64,000 nt of DNA. Origin: Antedon mediterranea (taxonomy: Eukaryota > Animalia > Echinodermata). Below are positions 13,261 to 26,579 of the stretch, piece by piece; within the stretch, counting starts at the first letter, position 1; every line of letters starts with the position of its first letter. The position numbers were made by a program, and so were the translations under genes. The stretch is taken from positions 8,370,001-8,434,000 of the forward strand of contig NC_092680.1 of the NCBI RefSeq assembly GCF_964355755.1, given 5' to 3'. The notes beneath the pieces were generated by a model. The model was not told where the DNA came from and did not search any database. It saw only the letters and a program-made list of their open reading frames with translations.

Positions 13261-14732
13261 AATTGGTAAACGCAGTTTTGGTTATAAATCTTTAGTCAGT
13301 CCTAGGGCCTATGTAGTTTTACAGAATATTAACGGACTATGCCTTACCACTTGAAACCTTACCTGGTGACTCTAGAGGCTTAGCCTAGGCCCTATGCTAG
13401 CCTACTTAGAGTATAGTAGGGGAATCCGTATAGTAGTAGGCTAGGATAGGCCTATATGCCTCACCAACTGTAGCGCTGGCCTAGGCCTAGCCTAGGCCTA
13501 GCCAGTAGAAAGAGTATTTAAGCCTACAAACGTGAACTTACTGAAACTTGGCTAAGCTACTTACTCCTCTTCTGTTTATACTAGGCCTAGCTAGCCTAGG
13601 CCTAAAGCAGCATCTCTAATGCCAGCCTAGGTAGGGCGATAACTAAATATATACTATAGTAGTACTGTAGTAGAGTAGTCTAGAAATTCCCAACTAGCGA
13701 GTGTAGGCCTAGTGAGACTCTAGGCAGGGACAAGACTGATTATGAATTACAGTATTTGTTTGTGTTGTAGCCTCCTGACTATAAGAAAGAGTCTAGCCAA
13801 AGCCAAGGGATGGGTACGACAACACATTGACTACCACCATCTTTAGCCGACTGCGCTATATGCCACAACAAAATGTTGAATGCTAGGCCTACTGTATACT
13901 ACATGTTACTGTACTGTACATCACCTTCACCTTTCCATACTTATTATATGCTATTAAGTAGTTCTAATTCCTTATACAGTACATAAGGAACAAATCCAGA
14001 GTTTAAAATTAAACCATTTTAACAAAGTGCCTGCAGGCCTAGGTTTAAATATATATAATATATATATCCCCAGGCTACTACTATGCCTATTAGCGCCCCA
14101 TGGCTTTTTAAAAAAGAATAATTTATTAATATATCCACGCATCGTATGGCAGTATCATTTTTTCTTTCTTGACCAGTCAACATTTCTCACCATTTTCCTA
14201 TATGGATGTTTTTGTTTATGTTATGAGGGCTGGAGGCATAGATTTATCATGTAGATTACATTTACGTGTAGACGTAGCCACTGCATTATTTAATGTTATC
14301 TCTTAATACATATTTATTATTATGACTGATTAACATTGGAAATTAGGCAATAAAGGATCCAAAACATCATCCCCCTTTCAACCTCATACGACCTATAGTT
14401 TTATTTTCTTCACAATAGCAATTTTATATTTTTACCAAAGTTAGTGAACTAGTACATTTTCATGTTACTGACCTGAATTATATCATCTCATATTTCAGCT
14501 TCAAATTACAATGTGCAATACTATTTTTTCCTATTTTTATTATTGATAAATTTTTCCAATAATTCTTAGTTTCTTAAAAAAAAAGTCTTTACATCCAAAT
14601 AACTAAACATTTTTAACAACAAAATATGAGTACTCAGCTGTAGATTTCAAATGTCTTGATCAATATTTGTATAAACACTTATTATTTATGACAAAAGTTC
14701 ATGTTTTAGAAGGAGGATATACATTATATTCC

Positions 14733-14877
14733 TAAAGCTCTGTCTACACTATCAAACTATTTTAACAAAAAAAGTGTGATTTTCCCAAATATGGTAGTGA
14801 TATGACATCATCATGTCCATATATGGGCACATCACACTTTTTGTCACATAATGTTTGATAGTGTAGACAGAGCTTTA
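14733..14877. mobile_element. ~145-bp MITE, family A (PIF/Harbinger-like terminus AGCTCTGTCTACACT)
   Basis: TIR taaagctctgtctacactatcaaac / gtttgatagtgtagacagagcttta; related copies at 18289-18398, 59638-59788 and split across 51018-55310. Confidence 0.8.
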
Positions 14878-15162
14878 AAAAAATTAATATCTATTTGGAT
14901 TTTTAATCCTTATTTTTGCTACTTTTATTATTAATAGGACTTAATTTCTATAAAAATCTTCTTTATCGAAATTAGATGACAAATCTTTCTCATTTGCTTT
15001 TAGAAAGTAGATATAAATTCAGATTTATTTCAATTGTAAGACAGTAATCCTTATTATATAGCTACTTTATAATAGTAATTTCCATACAAATCTTTTTAAA
15101 AAGGATTTAAAACATTATTTTTTAATTCCACTATCTAAATTAATTTTTTGTTTGTTTTCCAG

Positions 15163-15262
15163 TTCAGAGCGTTTGTCATCTTTTTTGCCGGAAATCTTAG
15201 ATCGTTATTTTGTAGAAGTGTGCATTAATACTTAAGTATTGTGTATTCTGTTAATGTTTACA
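15163..15262 (+). other. Candidate non-coding 5' UTR exon of PPCDC
   Basis: Strong polypyrimidine acceptor ttttttgtttgttttccag and consensus donor GTAAGT at 15263, upstream of the acceptor that precedes the ATG exon. Confidence 0.5.
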
Positions 15263-16180
15263 GTAAGTAGTTTGTATGTTTACAAAAATATAAAATATTA
15301 ATATTGCTTGTAGTACTTTGCTTTCTTGTAATGTAGAATATTGTAAATTCGCAGGTAGGGTTGTTTTTTAACTGTACATGGGTTTCATTAACAAACCAGT
15401 AAATCAAGCTGACTGCAAAAATTAATTTTCGTTGAACTGCAATTGACCAAGCTTACAATTTGACGTGAAAAATTGTAGTTATTTACACAAAATCTTACTG
15501 TTGGATTAATTGTCGATGGAATTTTCATAATGCTGTCTGTATCAAGTCCCATTTGATGTACGCCAGATTATCCTGTGACATTTGAAAACTCCCTCATTGA
15601 TTGCGATGTAAGCCTTCACTTTAGAATCTTGAGGAGTTTGCGTGAAATCGTTGTCATCGTTTGACAAGTTCCTAACAACTTTTAAAACAGATGAGCAGAA
15701 ACTGCCCTAATAATTTACCTGCAGTAATCGTCCAATGGTTGTTTTGCAATGGACGCTAACACATGCTGGATTAAATTGAATTTTTCTTTAAATTTTTAAT
15801 GATTTATGGGTAATATTTCCCTGCCTAGTGTTAGGCGAAGACTTGGTGTTAAATAGTAATATATCATCGTTTATTCACCTTTTATAACTTAAACACTTTA
15901 AGCAGAATTATCGGTTTTCTTATATTTTGGCTTTAGAAAAGAAAATATCATAGCAAAAAATTAATAAAATGTGCATTCATTATTTAAACAAACACAGTGT
16001 GTATCCTTGAATAGAAAATAAATCAAATTTTAATCCTAATATTAAAAAGTAAAATATGATAGCAGGCTCTTACACTGACGCCCACACTACTTAAAAATGG
16101 TTTATTTAATACTTTGAGGAATAAATATCTGTATAATTTTAGACTGTGATATTTATCATTTTTAATTTCTACAGATTTAG

Positions 16181-16315
16181 ATGGATGAAGAGAATGTTCC
16201 ATCAAGTGAAACTGTCAAGAAGCCAGTGCAGCAACGTGTTCTGGTTGGTTGTACAGGAAGTGTGGCTGCCATAAAAATACCTCAAATAATCACTGAATTG
16301 TGCAAGCTTAACCAG
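16181..16315 (+). CDS. PPCDC: PPCDC coding exon 1 (45 aa, FMN-binding VGCTGSVAA)
   Basis: ATG at 16181 follows the acceptor region tttctacag/atttag; donor CAG|gtact. Confidence 0.93.
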
Positions 16316-19300
16316 GTACTACCTTGATTATTTCATTACTTTGTGGTCAACAATGCTGCATGGATTATACAGAACTTATTTCTTGTTAAATATCAACCAT
16401 TCATTTTCACAAAGTGTCCTGTAACTACACAGCTATTGAGTCTAAAAGTCATTCTGTACATGCTCATATATTTTTTTTTTTGCTCGGCAGCTACATTAAG
16501 TTATGTGGTACATCTTTGAAAACGAAAAGTCACTCTGAGACCAACACTGAAAGAAATAATAGCATATTCTCTGTTGATTTTTCATACTGTATTTAATAAA
16601 ATGGTGGCATTTTCCGAAAATGATAAAATGATACAAGTGCAAATGTAAACTGAATTTCAATCCCATCATGCAGTGTACAAGCCATTGGGCACAAATGATT
16701 TTTAGAACTTTGTATTTATTACAAGTGTATTTGTAAAGCAGCACTGTCTGCACTCACTTAGTATCCACCCCTGATTTAAATTTTATTAAATGCTTTCTTA
16801 GGTAGATGTCCAAGTTGTTTGTACAAATCATTCAACCCATTTCTTTAATCCTGATGAACTTGATGTACGGTTGTTTCGGGATGAAGATGAATGGACGGTA
16901 TGTTACAAAGGTTCAAATGACATTTAATTCAACGATCCATACAGGTGTATTAATGTTGCAAGCTTTATACATTCACAAATCAATCTTAATTTGTAAATTT
17001 AATTTTGTTATGTACTGTATGTTTAAATTTGATTAGTGTCACAGTACTTAACAATTCTTCATTATGTGTATTAAATCATCTTCACTACTAAAATATATCA
17101 TCATTACATATCACCCTTATATTTATTAGACCAATCACAGTATATTCAGCTTGTTCAAATTCACAATGTTTCACTACTCAGCTATTGTATTGTATTGTAA
17201 AGGTAAAGGTGAGTCGCGTGTTCTCTGAACGTAGGGGAATGAGCTGTTAGGAGCTCATTGTACTAAGCCTCGGCATTATGTGGTAGGGTGGCCAGTTCCT
17301 TTCCACGCCGCCTTTTTTCTCCCTAGTATTTTCAACCAGGTACTCATTTACAGCTGAGTGGACTGGGAGTTGTCGGGAATTGAACCCGGGTCTATCTGTA
17401 TGACAGTCAAGTGTCCTAACCACTCGGCTATCAACAACTCCAACAACAATTGTATTGTATTGAGTTGAAATGTCAATCTGCACGTTCTCAGGAACATATG
17501 AACACACATTGATTGTTAAACTCTAGACATGTTTTGTCTAAAATTCATCAATTATTGGAGATGTAGTGTGTTGTATAAAGTTGAACCAACATTTATAAAG
17601 TTGAAATGTCTCACTTCCAGTTGTCATATCATTTATTTTATGTTGATCAACAATAACATGGCAACAAAAACTAAATGTACAATGAGGCAAGAATACCTAA
17701 AATGAAATAACAGTCAAGAGGCTCTCCACATTGAATGTACACACAAAATAGTAACATTGTAAAATTATGCATTTAATTGTTGTTTTCATTTTAATGAAAA
17801 GTAAAATTCAGTTCTATTTTCAAAGGTGACAGTGTTGTGAAAATAATTGGCGTGTATGTCAAAATTATTAATACATTTTTTTTATGCGATTCAACAATTT
17901 GAACTTTCTGTTAAAGTCAGCAATTTTCATGCCATCAAAATGAATGTTTAGAAACATGAAAGATGTGAATGTAAATGTTACAGGTACACGCCACGTTTCT
18001 AACAAAATCAAACAAATCTGTCATTTAATCAATCTAATGTGACGTGTGATAGTGATAGTAGAAAAGTAACTTTTAAGTCTCATTTGTTATGCTCTTCAAA
18101 ATAAAGTAATTTCAAAATATATATTAAAAATATTTCATAGTAATAATACTGATTTACTCCTGTTCATACTTAAACTAAACATCTTCCCAATAATAAAAAT
18201 ATAAACTGTAAAAATAATAAAATGAATTGTCACATACAAATAGTACTGTACAAAAAGGAATAATCATTACCTTGTATACGTTTATGTTCCTATGGACATG
18301 ATGAAGTCATATCACTACCATATTGGGGTGTATCACTACCACATTTGGGCACATCACACTTTTTTTGTCAAACTAGTTTGATAGTAGACAGAGCTTAAAG
18401 ATATATTGTCCCCCAAAAACATGAAAAATGAAGATTAATTAAATCAGACTTTGAATAGGTTATTTTGTAGTTTTAATGAAGTTAATCACTTCTGTAGAAA
18501 AAAAAACAGATGAAAAATGTTGTTGACCTATAAAATAACATGATAAATGGTTAAATTCAACCAAAAATCCATTGGCTGGCAGCCAATTTGACAATTTTTT
18601 TATTTGAATTACAGTTTTTTCAGGTAATTAAATTTTGTTTAGATCCAAAGTGGATAACTATTATGTGACATTAAAATGACATTCAAAAAAAAAATGTAAA
18701 AATTATTTTTCAGGGGGACAATACAAATTGACAACCAAAACGAAAAAGGGACGAGTGAATAGTCAAAGAGGACTTTTAAACAGAGAATTTGAACGATTAA
18801 AGTACTCTAATTTAACAGGGCGCTGGTAGGATAGATAAGGCCTCTTAAAAGTAAACCTTACTAGAAAAGACAAATGAGATAAAACCATTTTAGCGGCATG
18901 CATCTCTTATCACTGAATTAGTTCAACCATGAATGACTACTTTGTTTTTAAATTTGTATATATTAAAGAGTTTCCTATTTTAAAAGTACATTTTGCAATT
19001 TAAAAAAAAAAATGATTTCAAATAAAGATTTTAAACATTACGTTACAAATTAGCTGATAACATTTTACATGTTCACTTAGTGTACATAAGGGACAATTTC
19101 ATGACTGTTTTGTGCTGTTGTGACAACAAAGTTTTATTGTATCATATTTCGAGACAAGATAATTTTATATTTTATATAAAATAAACAATATTTTCCCAAC
19201 CTAAGATTTAATTGAATAAATTTGGTAGTAAGTACAGTATAAGGTAGCTAAGTTTAATCTTCACTGTGGAAGTCTTGTTCCACACCAAGCAATTTTGGAT

Positions 19301-22300
19301 GATAAATAATCTTAAAACCCATACAGGTAGCTTTGTAGCTTGCAATTCCCCAGCCTCGAACACTCATTCATGTGTAGCGAATATCTACAGTTATGACAAT
19401 ATAATAATAACATGCTATCTATTGATACATGCAGCCTCAGGTCATTCAAACCTTGTCATTTTGCACATGATTTGTTTGAAATCTATGGTGACAAGTATGC
19501 CATTTCAAATACCTTACATTTAAAAACCAGGGCAAGCTTCTTAAACAAGTTTATATCCTTGAATACAATCAATTTTCTACAGTATTTTGGATAGTGCATA
19601 AGTGACTATTTTTACTGGACAATTCATCTTTATTAATAAAACACTTTGCACACATGAAATCTTATTATGCAGACAATGTTGCTTACGTTTCAGTCTCGTT
19701 TATTGTGGTAGCTTTTCTTCTATTTGCTGCTTCCATATTTATTTATTTTCAGCATTTCAACAGAGTAGTTTATATAGTTCCCCTCTTTAAAATATTGTAT
19801 ACAATTTTCAAATTCAATGAGTGTTCAATTTTTAATGACGCATCATAGAGGGATTTGTTTTAAAATGATATGTTACATTAAGGCATCAAAATTGTAATTT
19901 TGTAGTGCAATTTTTGACCTTTGGATATAATAGTAGATGAGTTATCACTAATATTATTTGCAATTTTTCTTTTTTAGACATGGTCAAAAATTTCTGACCC
20001 AGTTTTACATATTGAACTTAGGAAATGGGCTGACCTGATGGTGATAGCGCCTCTAGATGCCAACACATTAGCAAAGATTTCACAGGGTCTGTGTGATAAT
20101 TTACTGGTAGGTTTATAAATCCATTATCAGTTTATATTACTCCATTATAATTGACTGCTTTTATACTTTGTACTGTAGTTTTCATTATTATTATACATGT
20201 GTTATAAAACAAAGTGAACGCTTGATTGTTTGTCTAGACTATAAAAATCTAATTAAATAAATTAGTATTTTATACATAATGTATTCTTCTTCATCATTTA
20301 TGGTTTCATCATAGATATAAAATACAGATCTCATTAGATACATTTTACATTTTCAGGCTTCCTTCACAACGTGATGACCATTTTCTTTTATTTATTAAAC
20401 CCCTTAATTTCACAAACCCTTACTTTAAGTATAGATATTTAGATACAATTATTGTATTTATTCATGGTCAAACAGAGTATAATACAGTACAATAAATGGT
20501 TTGAATTTATTATTAATATTATAACTAATAAATAACTACAGTATATTTGCATCACTGTGATGAGTTCGGGTTGTCCGCAGAAATGCAACATGCATATACA
20601 GTACGTTAAAATATATGAACGTTCGACAATTATTATGCCATCCTATGACATGAATTAAATATGTTTACAGTGCTGAATTGTACATATATCATTGCGGTAT
20701 TATAACAGTTTACAGAATACACTGTATATGTTATAGTGTAGCATAGATGAAACTTATATAACACTTAAATAAATTCCTGTCATTTGGTTGGACAATTGTG
20801 GGTCACATGGCGTGCAATAGTACGCACTATTAAACGATTGTTTAATAGTATTTTTTTTTCTTGTAGGAAAAAAAAAATCTGTTTGCGTTTTGAAAAATAT
20901 TTTTTTCACACTATTGCTTTTGAAATACAGCTATTTTGTACTTTTGTCGCAAATCTTATTGTTATGACTGGTTTCGCGATGGAAGTATGTTATTTTTGGA
21001 GAGACACATATGTACTAATTTAGATAAAAAAGCCATTTAAGTTAGATCTTTTTATAAATGTTTTATATGAATTCATATCTACAATTCAACAGCTTTTAGA
21101 TTTAGCTTTAATTATGCTGGTCACTTTTAATGACAGATTGAAATATACTGTAAAGATGAAATTAAGCAAGTCACGTTATTCTAATTTTTTTTAATGATGT
21201 AACGCATGTGAAAGAGAATTGATTGAGAAATTTAGGGCGAAATGGTGTAAGCATAAGCCCACTGCGCTCTATTAAATAAGATTAACTAGTACTAAAGCGA
21301 ATAAAAATCCTATTTTTAAAATTCAAGTGGCCATACGGTGACGTCAAAACATCCGGTAGATATAAATTTTACATGAATTGATATCTAAAACTCATCGGCT
21401 TCCATAATAAAATTTAAAAAGTGAGGGTCACCAGCCATCCTGAGGAGCTATAACTGATTAAAAATAGGTATATTTTTGCACAAATTTGCATTAAGTTACC
21501 TATTTTTTAACACGATTATTAAGTGCACATGCATTGTTATTTTTCAATCAAAGTTCATCAAAAAAAATGTAATCTAATACAGAAAGTATGAAAACCAAAA
21601 ATCAATTGTAAAAACCATTTTTCTACGCTTTGTACGAGCTGTGCGCAGAAGTGCGTGCGCAAATTGCAAATTAGAACATTTGGAAATGCTCATAATGGCC
21701 TGAAATGTATGCAAAATTGATTAGAAATTAATTTTGCAAATTTTGAAATTTTAAATAGTTTCTTTATATTATGTATACATACATACATTGAAAAATAATT
21801 TTTTTTTCAGAATATATGATCAACCATAAATGTCATAAAATCGGGCGTAACTGCGCGACTCTCGCGTCATATAACAATTTCCTGCACATCTACAGTTACA
21901 GGTCAATCTTCTGACAAAGTTATACGATGTTATGTTGACAGAAATTAGAGATACACATGACACAAAATTCGGGGAAAGAAAGAAGAATAAAAAATAAAGA
22001 TCCCGACAATATCAAGGGGTTATCTGCCAAGTTCGGATAACCAATAAATTGGATTTTTTTTCTTTCAAGAATACAAAGCGATAAAGATATGTTTACACAT
22101 AGCCAAGATTTGGTCATTTGGCATAGAAAACGCCAGGCTGTCACACTTACACACTATACTCATTTTTTATTTGACCTGACTGGAATCCTGTGTAATGTGA
22201 ATACAGCTTAAACTCTGTTATTCCTTATAATAGATTTTTACAATTTGATCTCTTCCTCTTTTTTTTTTAGACATGTATAGTGAGGGCATGGGATAAGAAT

Positions 22301-23515
22301 AAACCATTACTTTTCTGTCCAGCTATGAATACACACATGTGGGAACACCCTGTGACTAGTACCCAAGTTGAAATCCTAAAAACGTGGGGGTATACTGAAG
22401 TACCATGTGTTGAAAAACTTCTGGCGTGTGGAGATAAAGGTAAAATGATTTCTTTTATGGATTAAACAATATTCAAAGAAAATATTTTGTTTCAGAATGT
22501 TGTTTTGTTTCCAAATACTGTATCTGATATGAATATTATACAATAGTTTAGTCCTATAATTCTTGTAATGTATTATTATAATATATTGCGCCCTATCTAT
22601 AGAGTATAATATTTAGCACTGAAATATATGTATCTGACATTGAATATTTTATTGTTATTTTAATTTTTTTCCTTTTTGACATAAAATAATAACAGGTGAT
22701 GCAGTATATTTGCATCTAAGTTACATTTTTACAATCCTGTTTTAATATTTCAAATGAATTCAATTTGTCGGTTTTATTTTATTTTTTTGGAAATGCCATA
22801 TCTGATATTCGGCTTAGCAACTGACGTTAAGATACACACTGCTTCAGACTGTTTTCACAAGCATCAATTTCAAACATAATGCCAGTGGCATTTTATGTGT
22901 GTTTAACTGCCTGAATGTGTCACAGAAAATTTTAAAGTTGAAAATTATTATTTAGTTTAGCACAGTAGAACCCCTATTGAGAGGACACATTTGAGACCCA
23001 GCAAAGTGTCTCTTGATCGTAGCATAACTATATTATATTGCCTTTGTTAATTCCACAGGAAAGTGTCCTCTTTTCGGGGTGTTCCTTAGGAATGACTTAT
23101 AGTGTTAAAATATATAGTATTTTGCCTTTGTTTCACAGGAAAATATCCCCAAGCCTTTAGTGGGTGTTCTCTAGGAGGAGGTCTATTGTATTAGTAATTT
23201 TTTTTGAAACTCTATTAAAAAAAAAATAAGAAGAATACTTGTTAATTGTGGTATGAGCTAGTAAACTACAGTAGGAGCTGCCTTACAACCTAAGGGTTGT
23301 GTTATGTATAGAAATAACTGTTTGTTGCCACATATTATTTAAATCACTCTCTATTTAATCGATGATAAAGGAAGGAATGAAATTATAAATGACAGACAAA
23401 TGTTTAAATCTGTCATTAATTGTGTTCTTGGTTTATATTTTCAGGGTATGGTGGCATGGCAGAGGTGAATACTATCGTGCAAACCGCTCAACACATATTA
23501 ACTTCCTTGCGTTAA
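16181..23515 (+). CDS. PPCDC: Phosphopantothenoylcysteine decarboxylase (HFCD flavoprotein, CoA biosynthesis); join(16181..16315,16802..16897,19978..20106,22271..22439,23445..23515), 199 aa
   Basis: Manual splicing across four GT-AG introns (phases 0,0,0,1) gives an uninterrupted ORF: MDEENVPSSETVKKPVQQRVLVGCTGSVAAIKIP...DEDEWT/TWSKISDPVLHIELRKWADLMVIAPLDANTLAKISQGLCDNLL/TCIVRAWDKNKPLLFCPAMNTHMWEHP...LLACGDK/GYGGMAEV...LR*. HFCD motifs GxTGSVAA, LHIELR, APLDANT, PAMN and CGD are all present. Confidence 0.97.
16802..16897 (+). CDS. PPCDC: PPCDC coding exon 2 (VDVQVVCTNHSTHFF...DEDEWT)
   Basis: tttcttag|GTA ... ACG|gtatg; 96 nt, phase 0/0. Confidence 0.93.
17198..17448 (-). mobile_element. tRNA-derived SINE in the second intron of the PPCDC CDS
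   Basis: Minus strand shows A box TAGCCGAGTGG, B box GGTTCAATTCC, central cagtccactcagctgtaaatgagtacctg (Nin-like domain) and an (ACCTTT)n tail; flanked by the 14-bp repeat attgtattgtattg (17184-17197, 17449-17462). Confidence 0.85.
18289..18398. mobile_element. MITE family A, partial copy
   Basis: atggacatgatga...gggcacatcacacttttt...gtttgatagtagacagagcttaa. Confidence 0.7.
18399..18726. mobile_element. Kolobok-like MITE (TTAA-AG start)
   Basis: ttaa|agatatattgtccccc ... gggggacaataca inverted ends and internal palindrome attggctggcagccaat; second copy at 42901-43085. Confidence 0.6.
19978..20106 (+). CDS. PPCDC: PPCDC coding exon 3 (PVLHIELRKWAD...APLDANT...CDNLL)
   Basis: tttttag|ACA ... 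CTG|gtagg; 129 nt; contains the catalytic His motif. Confidence 0.96.
22271..22439 (+). CDS. PPCDC: PPCDC coding exon 4 (RAWD...PAMN...ACGDK)
   Basis: Poly-T acceptor tag|ACA ... AAAG|gtaaaa; 169 nt; overlaps track ORF 22280..22465. Confidence 0.97.
22963..23188. mobile_element. Degenerate pogo/Tigger-like MITE in the last PPCDC intron
   Basis: cagtagaacccct...gaggacac start and ...ggaggtctattg-ta end; internal duplicated ccac/tcacaggaaa module. Confidence 0.5.
23445..23515 (+). CDS. PPCDC: PPCDC terminal coding exon (GYGGMAEVNTIVQTAQHILTSLR*)
   Basis: ttttcag|GG completes the phase-1 Gly; TAA at 23513-23515; candidate AATAAA at 23836. Confidence 0.92.
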
Positions 23516-25567
23516 CACAGTTGTAAACGCCAAACAATGTATCAGTTTAATTTGTAAGAAAAAGTATTTCTTGAAAAGTAAGTTTGTTTATAGACATTTT
23601 ATTACACCTGTGGATCATTAAACCTAAATGGTTTATTCAGAGTAAACAAGCTCTTTCTAATCAAAAGTTATTGATGAGGGTGAAGAGGATTGCATTTTAG
23701 ATTCTTCAATTCTATGTAATAGTGGAGTCACACCTGTTGATGACAACAAGTTTGACTTTAGTTTCATGATTAAAATATATAACAAACATTTTGTGAGCTA
23801 CAGTCTTGCCTACTGCCATCAACAAAAATGTATGTAATAAAAATGCAATACTAGGTAAGTACAACATGGCCAAAAAATGTACAATATGTCGGTTATGAGG
23901 GCAGAAAATAAGTTAATATATAACTTATAAAAAAAGACAGACAAAAAGTTAGTTGTATCCTATTTTATTCAACTTTAACAGTACATTATCAGTGAGTTCA
24001 CAGGTTTTCCTAAAATTATCACTTTTTTTCCGTAGCATCACCAATTTTCCTTTTATCTGTTCCTTGCTTTATACATTTATAGTATATTTAGAGCAATTAT
24101 TCTTCCTACAAGCCATCACATCCAGTGCCTAAAGACGATCACCTGACAATTTATGATAATTATTTTATATCTGCATTTATGTATATCAAATATTCATGTC
24201 CTATATCATACCAAGATGACACAATTATGAGTATTACATAATTGTATTGTATTAGTTTATCAAATTAACTGGCACTGCTAAGGGATTTATTAAATATTTA
24301 CCATGGAAATCTCACTTTCCTCTATTTTATCATATAGTATTAATACAAAAAAGCTTCAGTCGTTATCCAATCCGATTTGAACACGCCATTGAAGTTCCAG
24401 TTGTGTACTGGATTGGCATAATATATAAACACATTAGGTCTATGTATACATCGTTTTGAAATTTATTGACTACAGTAGGAGCTTACTATGTACAGTACAG
24501 AAATATGTTATACCATGTTCAGCTGTGGGACTATACTATAATACTTTAGCCTACCTTACTGAACCCAGTAAAGATCAATAATATAGTGCCATCGAATCTA
24601 TGTTTAAATGTTTGTGTACAGTCTGTACTGTGATAGATATTACATTTATATGAGAATTTAATTATAGAAAATGCAAGGTTTTACCAGCAAAACAAAAAAG
24701 CCAGACATTATCTTTTGAGCCAAATGATAGCATTGATATTTTCTGATAAGAATAAAGCTCATGAGATGTTTTAAAAACACCACCATGGTAGGCTCTTATC
24801 TTGGAGGTGTTAGATTTGGACCTAGTAATTAGCTAATGTTACGCTACAATAGCATTTCTAATGAGAAAAGGGTGATCAGAAAAAGAATATTACTCAGTGC
24901 AAATTTATTGCCCTTTTTGTTTTCTCCAGAGAGAAATCTCCTTGTCAAATTACATTAGTTATGCTATAGACATTGTTTGAACTTTCATGAGAAGTAGCCA
25001 TAAGATAATAGTAATACTTCGTTTTCCTTGTGTTGTGTGATGTTTAGAAATCTGGAATTTTCGTTTGTGTTCATGCTCTCTGCTTTAGTGTTTTCTAGAT
25101 TCCCATTAGTTATAAACCACAGCTGAGAAGGCCATGTCTGTGCCTTACACAAGTTCACCGATTTGATTCTTCGTTTGCAATAGTAACTTTCCATTCTCTC
25201 TCTTTCTCGACACTAAAAATAATTACTTACTGGCTCTGGTTGAATTCATCGTATGGGTCGAGAACTCTTCCCATGTTAAAAAGTGATTCCATATTTAATT
25301 TTTGTTTATACATTTCAATATACCGTAGCCTGTTTCGTGAGGGATGTTAGGTGTTTGGCAGCCATATTTATTGTACCGTATCTCAAATATAATTAAGAAT
25401 TCACTTACATTTTATTCCCAAATCAATTTAAATTACAAAATTTAATCTTGAAGTATTAAGTTTTGAATGCTTGGATTTTTTTTTATCAGGTGTGTGTATT
25501 CACACAGGATGGTGCAGTTGTTTCTGTAATGATTGTAAGCGGGTTATGTAAGCATAATGTATTCAAC

Positions 25568-25682
25568 CACTTACTGCGCAACGCAAGTGAGTTGATAAAT
25601 CACAAGTGACAGTTCGATCAAATTTGCAAAATCATTGTGCGTTTACGTCCTTGCGTTGCGGCAAAGTTGGAACCACACTTTA
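25568..25682. mobile_element. MITE family B remnant (related copy ~58697-58860)
   Basis: gcaacgcaag...cttgcgttgc inverted pair and end gttggaaccacacttta; shares tcacaagtgacagttcga with the reverse complement of ccaactgtcgcttgtcattggtcaa at 58810. Confidence 0.45.
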
Positions 25683-26579
25683 GTGTTCAGAAAATAACTT
25701 CATGGTGGTTAACTGGTATAAAAAAGTGCGATATCTAACCTTACCAACTGAACTCACAGTTAAGTAGATACCGTCCGTAAACTTAAGTAAGGAATACAGT
25801 CTACCAATCACAATCATTTAGAAAAAAAAAGACATAGCGAATATCATTAGTTTCGTCGATTTATATGTAATTCTAAATGAAAAATTGCATATTCTAAAGT
25901 TTAATACATTATCTTGGCTAGAATAGGAGATGGGAATATAGAGACTAAATATTCTAACAGTAAGCCTACTAAAGTAGAGGAGACGCTGCATTTCCAGCAT
26001 TAAGCCTACTGAATTTTTGATGATCATTACTAACCAATCATATTAAAACAACACGGTTTTCAATTAGCATTCTTCTTCATTTTAAGTTCTTGAGATTTTA
26101 GTAATTCATGTTATAAGTCTATGCCTACTGCATCTCGTGGGATAAGGACTTAGTGAGATGCTGTATAAATCAAACATAGTAATCATCGGACATTCAAGAT
26201 AAATTACGGTAACATCTCTCATTTCAAGTAATTTCTAACAAAAGTTTGCAATACTTTTTTGACGTTCGGACACGAGTAATGAAGACCACTGTTTGTTCAC
26301 ATTTTGTTTCTAACGTGTTTAAGCGTTAGTTGATAGAGTTCGAATCACCTTAAATAGAAGCTGCGAAACAAACTAGATTACCCACTTTACTCATACAGTA
26401 TTCCTAAGAACTAAATATGAATATGTATATATAAATTCAGTTTTAGTCTTTCATGCATGCATATTGTTTTACTATTTACCGTAATTTCTCGTTAGTATGT
26501 GCATATCATTTTATGATATTTTTGTGATATTACCTTTTAAGAGATAATTAGCAATTCCTGGAACATAACGATAAAAACA

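Noticed and set aside
21150-21900. Repeat-like sequence in the third intron of the PPCDC CDS
   Set aside because: Its composition suggests a non-autonomous element, but ends, TSD and a second copy could not be defined.
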